In this document: positions 1 through 9,647 of the stretch, piece by piece
Position numbering within the stretch: the first letter of the stretch is position 1
How the letters are laid out: the number at the start of each line of letters is the position of its first letter
Origin: an uncultured Gemmatimonadaceae bacterium
Lineage (GTDB): Bacteria; Gemmatimonadota; Gemmatimonadetes; Gemmatimonadales; Gemmatimonadaceae
Assembly: GCA_963781585.1 (NCBI GenBank)
Contig: CAWAGQ010000002.1
Span: 32,001-96,000, forward strand
Direction of reading: 5' to 3'
DNA length: 64,000 nt
Made by a program: the position numbers and the translations under genes
The notes under the pieces: generated by a model
What the model was told of the DNA's origin: nothing
Database searches by the model: none
The model's input: the letters and a program-made list of their open reading frames with translations, nothing else

Positions 1-636
1 CTGCCCGGGCTCTCGAAGTCGGCCCGCACCGCGGTGGACGGTGCGTTCGCCTTCGCCATGCTCTCCCGCGGCACGTACACCGTGCTGGTGCGCGACGTCG
101 GCTACCGGCCGGTGCTGGCGCGGGTGGCGGTCCCCATGCCGGCGGATTCGGTGCGCGAGTTCGTGCTGACGCCGATTGCCCCGGAGCTCCCGGGCGTGGC
201 GATCACGGCGACCGCGGTATCGTCCAAGATGCGGGGCTTCGAAGAGCGGCGCCTGACCAATGCCGGCGGCCGGTTCATCACGCGCGCGGAGCTGGCGAAG
301 CACGAGGAGTGGCCCCTGAGCGACCTGCTGCGTTCGGTGCCCGGCGTGCGCCTGGCGCGGCAGCCGGACAACACGGTTCTTCTGGAGAGCACGCGCTCCG
401 CGATCGCAGCATTGATCCCAGGCAAGGATACGCTCGCGCACTGCTACTACCAGGTATACCTCGATGGAACCGTGATCTTCCAGCCGGGCCGGGGGCTGCC
501 GCCGAATATCGACGACTTCGCGCCAAACGGGATCGAGGCGATCGAGATCTACGCGGGGCCGGCCAGCACGCCCATGCGCTTCGGCGGCATCGGTGCGGCA
601 TGTGGGACGATCGTGTTGTGGACGCGGGCGCCGTGA
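1..636 (+). CDS. Carboxypeptidase-regulatory-like + TonB-plug-like domain protein without beta-barrel (5' partial; paralog A1)
   Basis: Frame is open from base 1. Motifs GFEERR..GGRFIT, LSDLLRSVPGV, CYYQVYLDG, IEAIEIY and terminal CGTIVLWTR. Near-identical to 8012-8644. Confidence 0.75.
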   Translation: MPGLSKSARTAVDGAFAFAMLSRGTYTVLVRDVGYRPVLARVAVPMPADSVREFVLTPIAPELPGVAITATAVSSKMRGFEERRLTNAGGRFITRAELAKHEEWPLSDLLRSVPGVRLARQPDNTVLLESTRSAIAALIPGKDTLAHCYYQVYLDGTVIFQPGRGLPPNIDDFAPNGIEAIEIYAGPASTPMRFGGIGAACGTIVLWTRAP

Positions 637-638
637 GG
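1..638 (+). repeat. Direct repeat, paralogous to 8012-8646
   Basis: Nucleotide near-identity by eye; differences concentrated in 373-441 vs 8384-8449. Confidence 0.95.
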
Positions 639-1098
639 TCACGGATCTCGGCTCGCGCGGCAGCCATACTCCTGGCCCATTCTGCTGCGGCGCAAAGCGG
701 CAGTCTGGTCGGACGCATCTCGTCGGACTCCCTCGGTGGCGCGGCCATTGCGGCGGAAGTCACCCTGCCGGCGCTTCACGCCGTCGCACACACGGACTCC
801 CGCGGCCGCTACCGGCTCACCGGGCTCGTGCCGGGACGGTATCTGGTTGAGGCTCGGGCCGTCGGATTCAAGACTTCGGCCGACAGTGTGGACATTCCCC
901 GATCAGGTGAGGCGGTGCACGACCTCGTCCTGACCAGGCTCGTGCCCGTGCTCGCCCCGGTCGTGACGACGAGTCCGGGAGTCAGGTACCTATCGCCGGG
1001 GCTGCGGGGCTTCGAGGCTCGACGCCATGTCGGCTTCGGCCACTTCATTGTCGAGGACATCCTTCGGAAGTATGACAATGACCGGCTGTCCGATCTGC
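633..1098 (+). pseudogene. 3'-truncated plug-like protein (paralog B1 of 12297-13092)
   Basis: GTG start overlaps the previous stop (GTGA). Signal-like ARAAAILLAHSAAAQ. Matches B2 up to RLSDL, then jumps into the regulator gene. Confidence 0.8.
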
Positions 1099-1099
1099 A

Positions 1100-1686
1100 A
1101 CGGTGCGCCGGCTCCGGGCGCAGAACCTGCACCTTCCGGTGCTGGTGGGCGTGCGCAACGTCCTCGTGCGCGACGTTCCCGTGAAGGCCTACGCCCGCGG
1201 CGGCGTGGATGCCCTGTTCCTGCTGGATTACCCGTTCGAGCGCGAGGAGCTGGTGAAGGAGGTGCACGCGCGGCTGGCGGTTCCCGTGCCTGCGCGCGTG
1301 CTCGACGCGCTGGGTCCACTGCTTGCGCCCGGCGTCGGCAGGACAATCGGGTGTTGGTGCATGCGCAACGCGATGCGGACGTGCCCCGTACGCCGCGTCG
1401 TCGCCTTCTTCCGGATGGACGAGAAGCAGCTCGATGACTCCGTGGAGGCCCTCGGTCTTCCGGCGGTGGGGACGCTCCTCAGGCTCGGGTGTCATCATCG
1501 TGCGCGCGAGCTGGAATCGTGGGGTGGGGTGTCGAAGGGCTGATTGCAGAGCGGCTGGGTTTCCCCGACGCCAAGTCGCTGGCGACGATGCGGCGTCACC
1601 TGCGCGCGTTACCGCGCCTGGCCAAGGTCGCTGCGCCGATTCGGGAGCTTCTGACGATGGGGTTGGAGGCGGGGCGTGCGGATTAG
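1100..1686 (+). pseudogene. 5'-truncated, frameshifted AraC-like regulator (paralog of 14525-15301)
   Basis: RRLRAQNLHLPVLV...GCHHRARELE, then a frameshift near 1535 to IAERLGFPDAKSLATMRRHLR. Aligns to the C-terminal three-quarters of 14525-15301. Confidence 0.8.
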
Positions 1687-1693
1687 CGGCCGC

Positions 1694-1820
1694 CGCAGGG
1701 TGCGGTGTACCAGCCCGGCGGCTCCAGATGTGACGAGCAAGCGTGGCCCCTCTGGGTCCGTGATCTCCAGACGGTCGAATATTCTCCAGAAAGTTGCGCC
1801 ATTTGCCAGAAAGTGAGGTG
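1694..1820 (+). promoter_or_regulatory. Conserved intergenic element with tandem CCAGAAAGT repeats (putative operator/promoter, copy 1)
   Basis: CCAGAAAGT at 1786-1794 and 1806-1814 (20-bp period). The block is conserved at 15310-15430. Confidence 0.6.
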
Positions 1821-1926
1821 GCGCCCCCCGCAAGACCGTCACACTTTCGCATCGCATAGGTACGCGGACGTTCGATCTTCACTTTGTCTCCATCATCGTC
1901 CTACCCTTAATTAACCGGAGGTTGCG

Positions 1927-2202
1927 ATGCGGCCCACCCAGTTGAAGCTTCTCGGAATCGCAGTCATCGCGGCCGGCGGCGGAGTCTTGTTGGTCGAGCC
2001 CGCTGCAGCCCGCGCGATGCCGACCAGTTGTGACACTATTGGCGAGTGCGTGAGCGAGTGCCCGAGTGAAGAAGAGGTAATAGATTGGTGCGCCGACGAA
2101 GCGATTGCGCACGGTTGCATGCTGACGGGAGGCGGTTGCAACAACTGGGAGGGCAACTGCTCGATTGCATACAAGCACTGCCACATGAAGGAGGCCGAGT
2201 AG
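1927..2202 (+). CDS. Small secreted 8-Cys acidic peptide
   Basis: GGAGG RBS, Sec-type signal (MRPTQLKLLGIAVIAAGGGVLLVEPAAARA), 8 cysteines in a mature part of about 60 aa. Confidence 0.8.
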   Translation: MRPTQLKLLGIAVIAAGGGVLLVEPAAARAMPTSCDTIGECVSECPSEEEVIDWCADEAIAHGCMLTGGGCNNWEGNCSIAYKHCHMKEAE

Positions 2203-2475
2203 TGCCGAGCATCCGTCCCAGCCGCAATGCGGCGCTGTGTCTGTGAGCCATAGCTTCGTTGGGTCGGGATGCCACCTTCGCCATGTCGGAGGAGAGCCGC
2301 GTGTTCACAAAGGACGATGGCCGTGGAGTCTTTAGCACGGTGCATTGCCCGCGTCATCCCTTCGGACTTCACGGTTACACACATAGTGCGTCGGCGCGCA
2401 CCGTAATCGTTGGCGTCTGCCCCGTATGGCACTCGCCCTCAAGTACGGGTTCCAACACGCTCTGGGAAGATCTCA

Positions 2476-3162
2476 ATGCCAAAAGGCCCATCACGCTCTC
2501 AGCGAGGCCGGACAGACGTCGCGGGCGCCACGATTGCCGTCTGCGCGGTGCTGATGACACTCTTCGTCGGATATCGGGAACTCGCTCCCACGCCGCAGGA
2601 CATCAGATTGATACCACCGCCGGCCCAACTCGATAATTGGGCGGCGATTGCAACGAACGACCGTCCTCGGCTGGGGCCAGAGCACGCTGCTGTCACCGTG
2701 GTCGAGTTTGGTGATTTCGAGTGCCCGGCTTGTCGAGCGTATGCGGCCACCTTGGACTCCGTCCGTCGCCGCTATCCCGCTGATGTGAAAGTACTGTTTG
2801 CACACTTTCCAATATCCTATCATCGGTTTGCTATCCCCGCCGCAAGGGCCGCCGAGTGCGCGAATGTACAGGGGCGTTTCGAGCAATTCTACTACGCTGT
2901 CTTCGCAAACCAGGACTCGCTCGGCTTGATGCCGTGGTCCAGCTTTGGGGAAGCGGTGGGAATCCCGGATCTCCCAGGTTTCATGAGCTGCGTCGCGGCG
3001 CGCGCGCCGATAGATCGAGTAGGTCGCGATACACTACTTGCGAAAGAGCTTGGCGTACGTGGAACGCCAACAATCCTGGTCAACGGTTGGAAGTGGAGCC
3101 AACCACCCTCGTTCGCGACGCTCGACAGCGTGGTGCAGCATGAGCACAATCGGGCCCCCTAG
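2476..3162 (+). CDS. DsbA-family thiol-disulfide oxidoreductase, membrane anchored
   Basis: VVEFGDFECPAC active site, HFP motif, GVRGTPT cis-Pro loop, N-terminal TM helix. Confidence 0.9.
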   Translation: MPKGPSRSQRGRTDVAGATIAVCAVLMTLFVGYRELAPTPQDIRLIPPPAQLDNWAAIATNDRPRLGPEHAAVTVVEFGDFECPACRAYAATLDSVRRRYPADVKVLFAHFPISYHRFAIPAARAAECANVQGRFEQFYYAVFANQDSLGLMPWSSFGEAVGIPDLPGFMSCVAARAPIDRVGRDTLLAKELGVRGTPTILVNGWKWSQPPSFATLDSVVQHEHNRAP

Positions 3163-3163
3163 C

Positions 3164-4459
3164 ATGCGGATTCGGGCATACGGCATCCACGGACTGCGGA
3201 CTATCGTCGCATGCAGCACCCCTGCGGCGTTGTGGCCGCAGGCGCTGGCGGTAATCAATCCTGCGCCTGACTTCAGTTCGCCGAGTTTTCACGTAGGGCG
3301 CGAATTGACGCGGCTGGACACGGACCTGTTGCATGAGATGTATGGCGTGCGACAGGTGACTTTTTCGGAGCGAGGAAGGCTCTTGGTGGCGATTCCAGAT
3401 GTGATGGAGGTGCGCGAATTCGATATGCAAGGTCGGCTTCTTCGCCGGATCGGGCGGCTTGGCTCGGGGCCCGGCGAAAACCGCTCCATTTCGAGTCTCA
3501 TGCGGTTGGCAGGTGACTCGGTCCTCGTCTACGATCAACTCCAGCGCCGGATCAACATTTTCGGACCCGCGCGTCGTTTCGCACGGAGCGTGACCGTCCG
3601 ATACGCAGTCGATCGATGCTGCAGCCCGACGGGCATATATCTCGGCCAAGTCCCGACGACTCCCCAACCACGGACCACATCAGGCCTCGCGATGACAGCT
3701 GACTATCGCATCGCGTCTTGGCGTGGACCGCCCGTGGTCGGGAGCGACCGCAAGTCGCTCGTCACATCAGACACGGCGCGCATTCGCCTGTTCGCGAGGG
3801 CCCCGAGAATTGTGCTGGACCGCAGTCGCGGCGTTGACGGCGAGTTCAGCTTCGGGCCCGTTTATCAGATCCCGTTCGTGGTTCCTCCAATGATCGCGTT
3901 CACGGAGCACTGCATTGTCAATGCGAGTGGTGCAGAGTACGAGATCCACATTTACTCATCCAACGGCCGTCTGCTGCGGGTCGCGACTGCTCCCGTGGCG
4001 CCCGAGCCCGTTACGCGAACAGATATACGCCGCATGCGAGACTCGCTTTCGGCGACGGTGCCGGACGAGGCCCAGTCGCGCCGGCTGTTGGCAGCCCTGG
4101 ACACGATCCGCCTGCCGTCATCCCATCCAGTCATTGACGCGCTGCTCGCCGACGGTACGTCAATCTGGGTCCGCAGCTGGAGCGCCAAGCCATCCGGGGC
4201 TGAGCGGTGGGCGCGCTTTGACGAAGAGGGCCACCTGCAAGGTAGTCTGGTTACTCCTCCCAATCGTCACGCCGTTGCTTTTTTTCAGGGGCGCATTGCA
4301 CTTTTGGAAGAAGATCCCGCCACAGGTTTGCAGCACTTGAGCGTTTCCTCAATCACACAAAACGCGGTCGGGGGGCAGGAAGGTAGGCCGGTACCGAGCA
4401 TGGTCTCGCGCCGCGACCGGCGGGTCGATGGCCCGACCGTAACTGATCCATGCTCATGA
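3164..4459 (+). CDS. 6-bladed beta-propeller (NHL/TolB-like) exported protein
   Basis: GRLLRRIGRLGSGPGE motif, GDSVLVYD, C-terminal IWVR...FDEEGHLQG. Confidence 0.75.
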   Translation: MRIRAYGIHGLRTIVACSTPAALWPQALAVINPAPDFSSPSFHVGRELTRLDTDLLHEMYGVRQVTFSERGRLLVAIPDVMEVREFDMQGRLLRRIGRLGSGPGENRSISSLMRLAGDSVLVYDQLQRRINIFGPARRFARSVTVRYAVDRCCSPTGIYLGQVPTTPQPRTTSGLAMTADYRIASWRGPPVVGSDRKSLVTSDTARIRLFARAPRIVLDRSRGVDGEFSFGPVYQIPFVVPPMIAFTEHCIVNASGAEYEIHIYSSNGRLLRVATAPVAPEPVTRTDIRRMRDSLSATVPDEAQSRRLLAALDTIRLPSSHPVIDALLADGTSIWVRSWSAKPSGAERWARFDEEGHLQGSLVTPPNRHAVAFFQGRIALLEEDPATGLQHLSVSSITQNAVGGQEGRPVPSMVSRRDRRVDGPTVTDPCS

Positions 4460-5019
4460 CATGTCGCTACCGGGCGGTGGCCTGCGCCCTCTGGTTCAGC
4501 ATAACGACGAGTTGTGCTACGAACCGGCGCACTACGTTTCCGCGTTCGCCGAATCCCATGCGACTGGTGGCGAGCTCGCTGGAAACGCCCGACGGTCAGG
4601 CGTTTACTGTACGAGGCAGGTTTGAAGGAACCGTGCTGGTGCGAGGGGGCTGGATCGATATCATCGTTCCCGCTGCTACCATTGCGTTTCGGCAGTCGGT
4701 GGTGGACATACGGTATCGTTCCCTCCGAGTGCGGGCCGCGCTAGCATCCGGTTCACAACCTCGGCCATGGCGCATTATCTCCGAGAGCAGGGCAATTCCG
4801 CTTCGCCCGCTCCTGGCGAGGGCGCTCACCAGCGCCGACTCCGCGCAGCGCGTGCTCGTCGATACCCTGCGTTTCGAAGTGCCGCTGCCGCGTGAGCTGC
4901 CGGCCGATCGGGTTTGGATTGCATTCGAATTCGAGTTTGTAGACACGAGCGCTAGCGGTTTCTGCCAGCTGGCTTGGACCTACGCGCATGCGGAACCGCC
5001 GCTGCAGGTATCCCGATGA
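4450..5019 (+). CDS. Hypothetical exported protein (possible lipoprotein)
   Basis: Overlaps the previous stop; hydrophobic N-terminus ending ITTSC (weak lipobox); beta-rich sequence. Confidence 0.55.
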   Translation: MLMTCRYRAVACALWFSITTSCATNRRTTFPRSPNPMRLVASSLETPDGQAFTVRGRFEGTVLVRGGWIDIIVPAATIAFRQSVVDIRYRSLRVRAALASGSQPRPWRIISESRAIPLRPLLARALTSADSAQRVLVDTLRFEVPLPRELPADRVWIAFEFEFVDTSASGFCQLAWTYAHAEPPLQVSR

Positions 5020-5312
5020 CCCGAGTGAGCACGGACCGGATGGTGGCCGCAGCAGCGCCCGCCCCCTCCGGTACGTGCTGCGCGTGAGGCAGGATGGCCG
5101 CTGGGTCGAACTTCGACGGAGAAGATCGGCCGCCCGAGTCTGGCCGCGTCAGCCCAGCAGCCGGGCGAAACCGGGAACTGTTCGTCCACCCATCACTGCG
5201 GACGAATGTCGTATCAGTACCTGGTACTGAAATGGCGTCTTCTCAATGCACCGGTTGTCGCGCGCAGGCTCTGGCCAAAGAACGTGGGACGCGCGAGCAG
5301 CGTGCGTCGTGA
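5016..5312 (+). CDS. Small hypothetical ORF, reading frame ambiguous (probably frameshifted)
   Basis: ATGA overlap with the upstream stop and GTGA overlap with the downstream start. Coding-like segments lie in different frames. Confidence 0.3.
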
Positions 5313-6886
5313 GCGCCTATGCGCTGGTGGTGGGCTTTGGTGGAACGAGCGAGTACCGACAGCAACTCAGAGCCCGTTTTGCATCCCACGGCTTGCACTC
5401 CCTTTTCCTCGATAGGTGGGACGAGTGGCACATTTCGCTGTTTCCAAATAGCGCATCGTATCAGCTGCGGTCGGTGGGCGGTCTGCCTACTGTGCGGGCG
5501 CCTGATGTGAGGGTCGTCTTGTTATTCGGTTACCCGTCACCGCCCGAGGTTGACGCAGCGGACACGTACTACCAAGCCGTCGAGTACGAGGCGCTGCTGT
5601 TCGGCCTCTGTGCGCTTGCTACTCCGGTGACTGCATCGAGATGGCAGTTTCTTGCGATGGGGTATTCAGATAGTCGCCAGCGAGTCGGCATGGGCCATGA
5701 TGTCCTCCAGCTCTGGCCGTCAGTAACAGGCCTCTTCGAACTTGGTGCACGTGAGGCTCTGCTATTCGGCGACGGCTGCATCTACCTGACCGCGGAGCGA
5801 CAGGTCGTTTGCCCGTCCATCTGGCCTTGGTCACCTCAGATACCGTTCCCCGTCACGCTTGAGCTCGATGTGGCTCGCAGCGAGTTCGTTCCGCTGGTGG
5901 GCATGCTCCCTGACTGGACTCCACCGAGCAGCACCATCTTGCAGGCTATCATCGCGGCATCGTTGGGCGGTCAACACAGCTGGCGCAGCATCGTCGAGAC
6001 GCCCATTCCCCGCATGATGCCTGCGGGAGTGGGACGTATCGGCATTGTGGCGCATCGCACTGATCAGACGGCAATACATCTGCTGCACCGGTGCAGAATT
6101 CAGGGAAAGCGGTCGACCCTCCTGGACCTGACCTTCCTTTACTCGCGCTCTTGTCCTACCGCCGTATTCGAAGAAAGCCTGGAGCAGCTGCACCATGAAC
6201 CGCTCGTGTTCGCGCGACCGCTGCTTGTAATCCGGGCCGGGGATCCGAACAACACGCTTGCCCCCGAACGCCACATGCGAGTGCTTCGCACTCTACAGCA
6301 GAGGTTCCTCCCCACCATGAATCCTCCCGCCGCAGGTCATACCAATTTCTCGAAATCCGCTCACGCCGCATGCCTGGTCGAGCAGGGCTTGGACGTACCT
6401 GCGACGCTTGCTACCAACGATGCTGCCGCAGCTCGGGATTTCCTCGCTGAATACCGGCATGTGATATACAAGTCGGGCAGCTGGATGAGGAGTCTCGCCG
6501 CCGTACTTCGGCGAGATGATGTCGATCGCCTCGAATCCCTGCATAACTGCCCCTGCCTTTTCCAGGAGCGGATCGTGGGGCCCAGCTGTCGGGTTCACAC
6601 TGTGTTCGACGAGCAGATGTCTCTGCTGATCAATATTCCAGGCGTGGATTATCGCCCACGCGTTAGCGCGCACCACTGTCGGCCGATAGAGCTGCCAGCG
6701 CCGCTTTCACGTTCGCTCTCAGCGGCAGCTATGGCTGCCGGGCTCGCCTTATCCGGCTGCGACGTTATCTGGAGCCCGGATTCCAAGAAGTGGCTCACAC
6801 TTGAAATCAATCGCATGCCGGCGTTTGCCTTCTACGATCACTTGTCGTCGATGTCGGTTGCGGATGCTGTGCTGGATCACGTATGA
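5309..6886 (+). CDS. RimK/MvdD-like ATP-grasp ligase with a degenerate N-terminal second ATP-grasp-like module
   Basis: C-terminal half has NFSK...GLDVPATLATND, VIYKS, CPCLFQERI, RVH, DYR, LEINRMPAF. The N-terminal half has EYEALLFGL, resembling a pre-ATP-grasp helix. Start could be 5246 or 5309. Confidence 0.8.
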   Translation: MSAYALVVGFGGTSEYRQQLRARFASHGLHSLFLDRWDEWHISLFPNSASYQLRSVGGLPTVRAPDVRVVLLFGYPSPPEVDAADTYYQAVEYEALLFGLCALATPVTASRWQFLAMGYSDSRQRVGMGHDVLQLWPSVTGLFELGAREALLFGDGCIYLTAERQVVCPSIWPWSPQIPFPVTLELDVARSEFVPLVGMLPDWTPPSSTILQAIIAASLGGQHSWRSIVETPIPRMMPAGVGRIGIVAHRTDQTAIHLLHRCRIQGKRSTLLDLTFLYSRSCPTAVFEESLEQLHHEPLVFARPLLVIRAGDPNNTLAPERHMRVLRTLQQRFLPTMNPPAAGHTNFSKSAHAACLVEQGLDVPATLATNDAAAARDFLAEYRHVIYKSGSWMRSLAAVLRRDDVDRLESLHNCPCLFQERIVGPSCRVHTVFDEQMSLLINIPGVDYRPRVSAHHCRPIELPAPLSRSLSAAAMAAGLALSGCDVIWSPDSKKWLTLEINRMPAFAFYDHLSSMSVADAVLDHV

Positions 6887-7420
6887 GCGAAACAACTCTC
6901 CAGGTTTCGGCGCGGCGTGTGCTTCGCCGTCCGAGGCCGGAGCGTGGGCGGGGGTGAGTGGGGTACCATCGCGAGGATTCGCCCTGATGACACAGTGGAT
7001 CGATCTACTGGACGGGTGCCAGGCGCGCGGATCGGCACTAGCCTCGCTCCCGGGTACGGGACCGAGGTGATAGCGTGGTCTGCTGGCCATGGGTACTTGG
7101 GGGCGAGTGAAGGAGGATCCTTCCGTTGAATCCGATGCCCGCGTTCGTATCATCCGTGGCCAGAAACGTCGCTGGCCCTACGGTGGCTACTCCAATCGGT
7201 TACCTTACTGCAGTTTCTGGCAGCGCGCCGGAACGAGCATCGGTCCCATGGCGGCCCCTGCCACTTGCCGTCCTTCGCGGACCGTCAGGCGCGTTTCGTC
7301 GTGGAATTGGTCGAATACGGCAAGCCAGTGGTGAGTATCTTTTGTGGTTTGGTTCGCGTGCGCCGGTGGGTGCTCACGCCGACACCTTGATCGTCCTCAG
7401 CTTGTCTGACGGGGTTGTCA
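6883..7420 (+). pseudogene. Frameshifted hypothetical gene following the ATP-grasp gene
   Basis: ATGA overlap at 6883; coding-like pieces in successive frames. Confidence 0.25.
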
Positions 7421-8644
7421 CCGGTTGGATCGCGCCGCTCGAGACCCCGGAGCGCTCGTACATCCGGCTGCCGCGGATGGCGCGAGTGGGCGCCGCGCGC
7501 GTGGGCGCCTTCACCGTGCCTGCCCGGGACAGCCTCCTGGGCTACCGCGAGGAGGGGGGCTGGGCCGCGATGGAGTCCCGGCGGGGCGCTTGGGCGGCCG
7601 GGATGCCGACGCTGACCGGGCTGGTGTTCGCCAGCCTTCACGGCGTGCCGCTCGCGAACGCGCACCTCAACCTGGCCGGGGGCGTGGCCGATGCGGTGAC
7701 CGATAGCACCGGCCGGTACCGGCTCCGGAGCGCGCTGGCGGGGCGCTACCGCCCCTCCACCGTGGAGACGGAATCCGACGCGGCGGGGATCGTGACGTTC
7801 TGCCGGCCGCCGCGGCAGGACGTGGTGCGGCTGCGGGCGGAGCTCGGCGGCGCCCGTGTGGAGCGGAGCCTCGCAGATGACGGACACCGCGAGCGTGGTG
7901 GAGGTGCGGCTGGCCCTGAGCACCGCGGCGGCGGGATCGACCACGTTGCGCGGGCGGGTGCTCATCAGGACCGATTCGGCGACGCGGCCGGCCGCATCAG
8001 CGGAGGTCCTGCTGCCCGGGCTCGCGAAGTCGGCCCGGACAAATGGCGACGGTTCCTTCGCCTTCGTCGCGCTCTCGCGCGGCACGTACACCGTGCTGGT
8101 GCGCGACGTCGGCTACCGGCCGGTGCTGGCGCGGGTGACGGTCCCACTGCCGGCGGACTCGGTGCGCGAGTTCGTGCTGACGCCGATTGCCCCGGAGCTG
8201 CCGGGGGTGGCGGTCACGGCGACCGCGGTGTCGTCCAAGATGCGGGGGTTCGAGGAGCGGCGCCTGACCAATGCCGGCGGCCGGTTCATCACCCGCGCCG
8301 ACCTCGCGAAACACGAGGAGTGGCCCCTGAGCGACGTGCTGCGATCGGTGCCCGGCGTGCGCCTGGCGCGGCAGCCGGACAACTCGGTCTATCTGGTGAG
8401 CACGCGCGCGGCGTTCGCGGCGACCATTTCGAAATCGGGCGCAGACATCTGCTACTACCAGGTGTACCTCGATGGAACCGTGATCTTCCAGCCGGGCCGG
8501 GGGCTGCCGCCGAATATCAACGACTTCGCGCCGAACGGGATCGAGGCGATCGAGATCTACGCGGGGCCGGCCAGCACGCCCATGCGGTTCAGTGGCATCG
8601 GTGCGGCCTGCGGGACGATCGTGCTGTGGACGCGGGCGCCGTGA
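7420..8644 (+). CDS. Carboxypeptidase-regulatory-like + TonB-plug-like protein (paralog A2), upstream part disrupted
   Basis: 7600-7870 encodes GLVFASLHGVPLANA..TDSTGRYRL and ESDAAGIVTFC. After a frameshift near 7870, an intact 7877-8644 segment ends CGTIVLWTRAP. Confidence 0.7.
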
Positions 8645-8666
8645 GGGAGTGAATCTCCTCTCATCG

Positions 8667-9239
8667 TCAGCCGCCGGGCATCTGACGGGCTCGGATCCAC
8701 AGCCCCTCAAGCCCGCGCTCTCGCACCAGCCCTTCGAGCGCGGCCGTATCGATCGCCACGCCACTCACCCGCAGCATCCCGGCGATGTCTCGGAGGTGAC
8801 GATCAGATCCGCTCTCGCCGAAGTACTCCAGCTTCCGCACGATGACGTATTCGAGAGGCGCGAACCAGAGCGTGTCGCCTTTCACATCTTCTGGACGGCG
8901 GCGCGGGAATGCCCACGCGTGCAATGGATCGGATCCCGCGAGGTACACATCGGCCCGAAGTGCGGTCTCACGGTGAACGATGTTGAAGTGGCCGAAGCGA
9001 CTGCGTGCGACTTCCTGTTCGAGTATCTCGGTCGGCGGCACGTAATAGGCCGGCTCGTTGAAGACCGCGAGCAGCCGCTCGGACTGACCGGCGCCCAGCC
9101 ACAGGACCACGTCCACGTCGTTCGTCATTCGGGGCTCGCCGTAGGCGATGGCGGCCACCGAACCGGTGATCATGTAGGGGAGTCCGCTGCGCGACAGCGG
9201 CGAGAGAATCACGCGCCGCAGATCGGCGGTCGCGCTCAC
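8667..9239 (-). CDS. Nucleotidyltransferase-fold protein (AbiEii/DUF6036-like), putative toxin
   Basis: YMITGSVAAIAYGEPRMTNDVDVV signature and KL...RHLRDI. GTG start overlaps the upstream stop. Confidence 0.75.
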   Translation of the reverse strand: MSATADLRRVILSPLSRSGLPYMITGSVAAIAYGEPRMTNDVDVVLWLGAGQSERLLAVFNEPAYYVPPTEILEQEVARSRFGHFNIVHRETALRADVYLAGSDPLHAWAFPRRRPEDVKGDTLWFAPLEYVIVRKLEYFGESGSDRHLRDIAGMLRVSGVAIDTAALEGLVRERGLEGLWIRARQMPGG

Positions 9240-9427
9240 CGAAATGCCGCGCGAACCGCCGTCAGGAGCTCCGTCTCGGACCACTCCGGGTGTTGTCGCG
9301 CCAGCACGGCGCGTTTCAGCTCCCACGCGAATGTTCGCAACGCGTGGGCCGTGGCCAGACGTTGATCGATCGTCATCGCCCGGAGCCTCTCGATCTGCAC
9401 GACCTCGGCCTCGCTGTGCGGATCCAT
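9236..9427 (-). CDS. Small helical protein, putative antitoxin of 8667-9239
   Basis: 63 aa MDPHSEAEVVQIERLRAMTIDQRL...RQHPEWSETEL; translationally coupled. Confidence 0.7.
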   Translation of the reverse strand: MDPHSEAEVVQIERLRAMTIDQRLATAHALRTFAWELKRAVLARQHPEWSETELLTAVRAAFR

Positions 9428-9647
9428 GAAAGGAAAACTGCCGACCATTCCGGGTGGCAACAAGCATCTCGTCACTGCGGGGTGCCTGGCTATCGCGGCG
9501 CGCCTGCGTGACGACGGCTGGCTTGCTCGAGGTTCGAGGATCAGCGGCGTCGTGTCGGTCAGACGCGCATCATCTTTCGCCGCCTCCGGTGCGTTTCGCA
9601 GCGCGACATTCCCTCGCCGGTCACCTCCCGCGCTCCAGCCATAGTCG

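Noticed and set aside
4988..5230. Definite graspetide precursor
   Set aside because: No recognisable leader or core motif and the frame is uncertain; retained only as a possibility.
1..8646. Diversity-generating retroelement (TR/VR pair) explaining the A1/A2 repeat
   Set aside because: No reverse transcriptase in the window, both copies are coding, and the differences include an indel and are not adenine-restricted.
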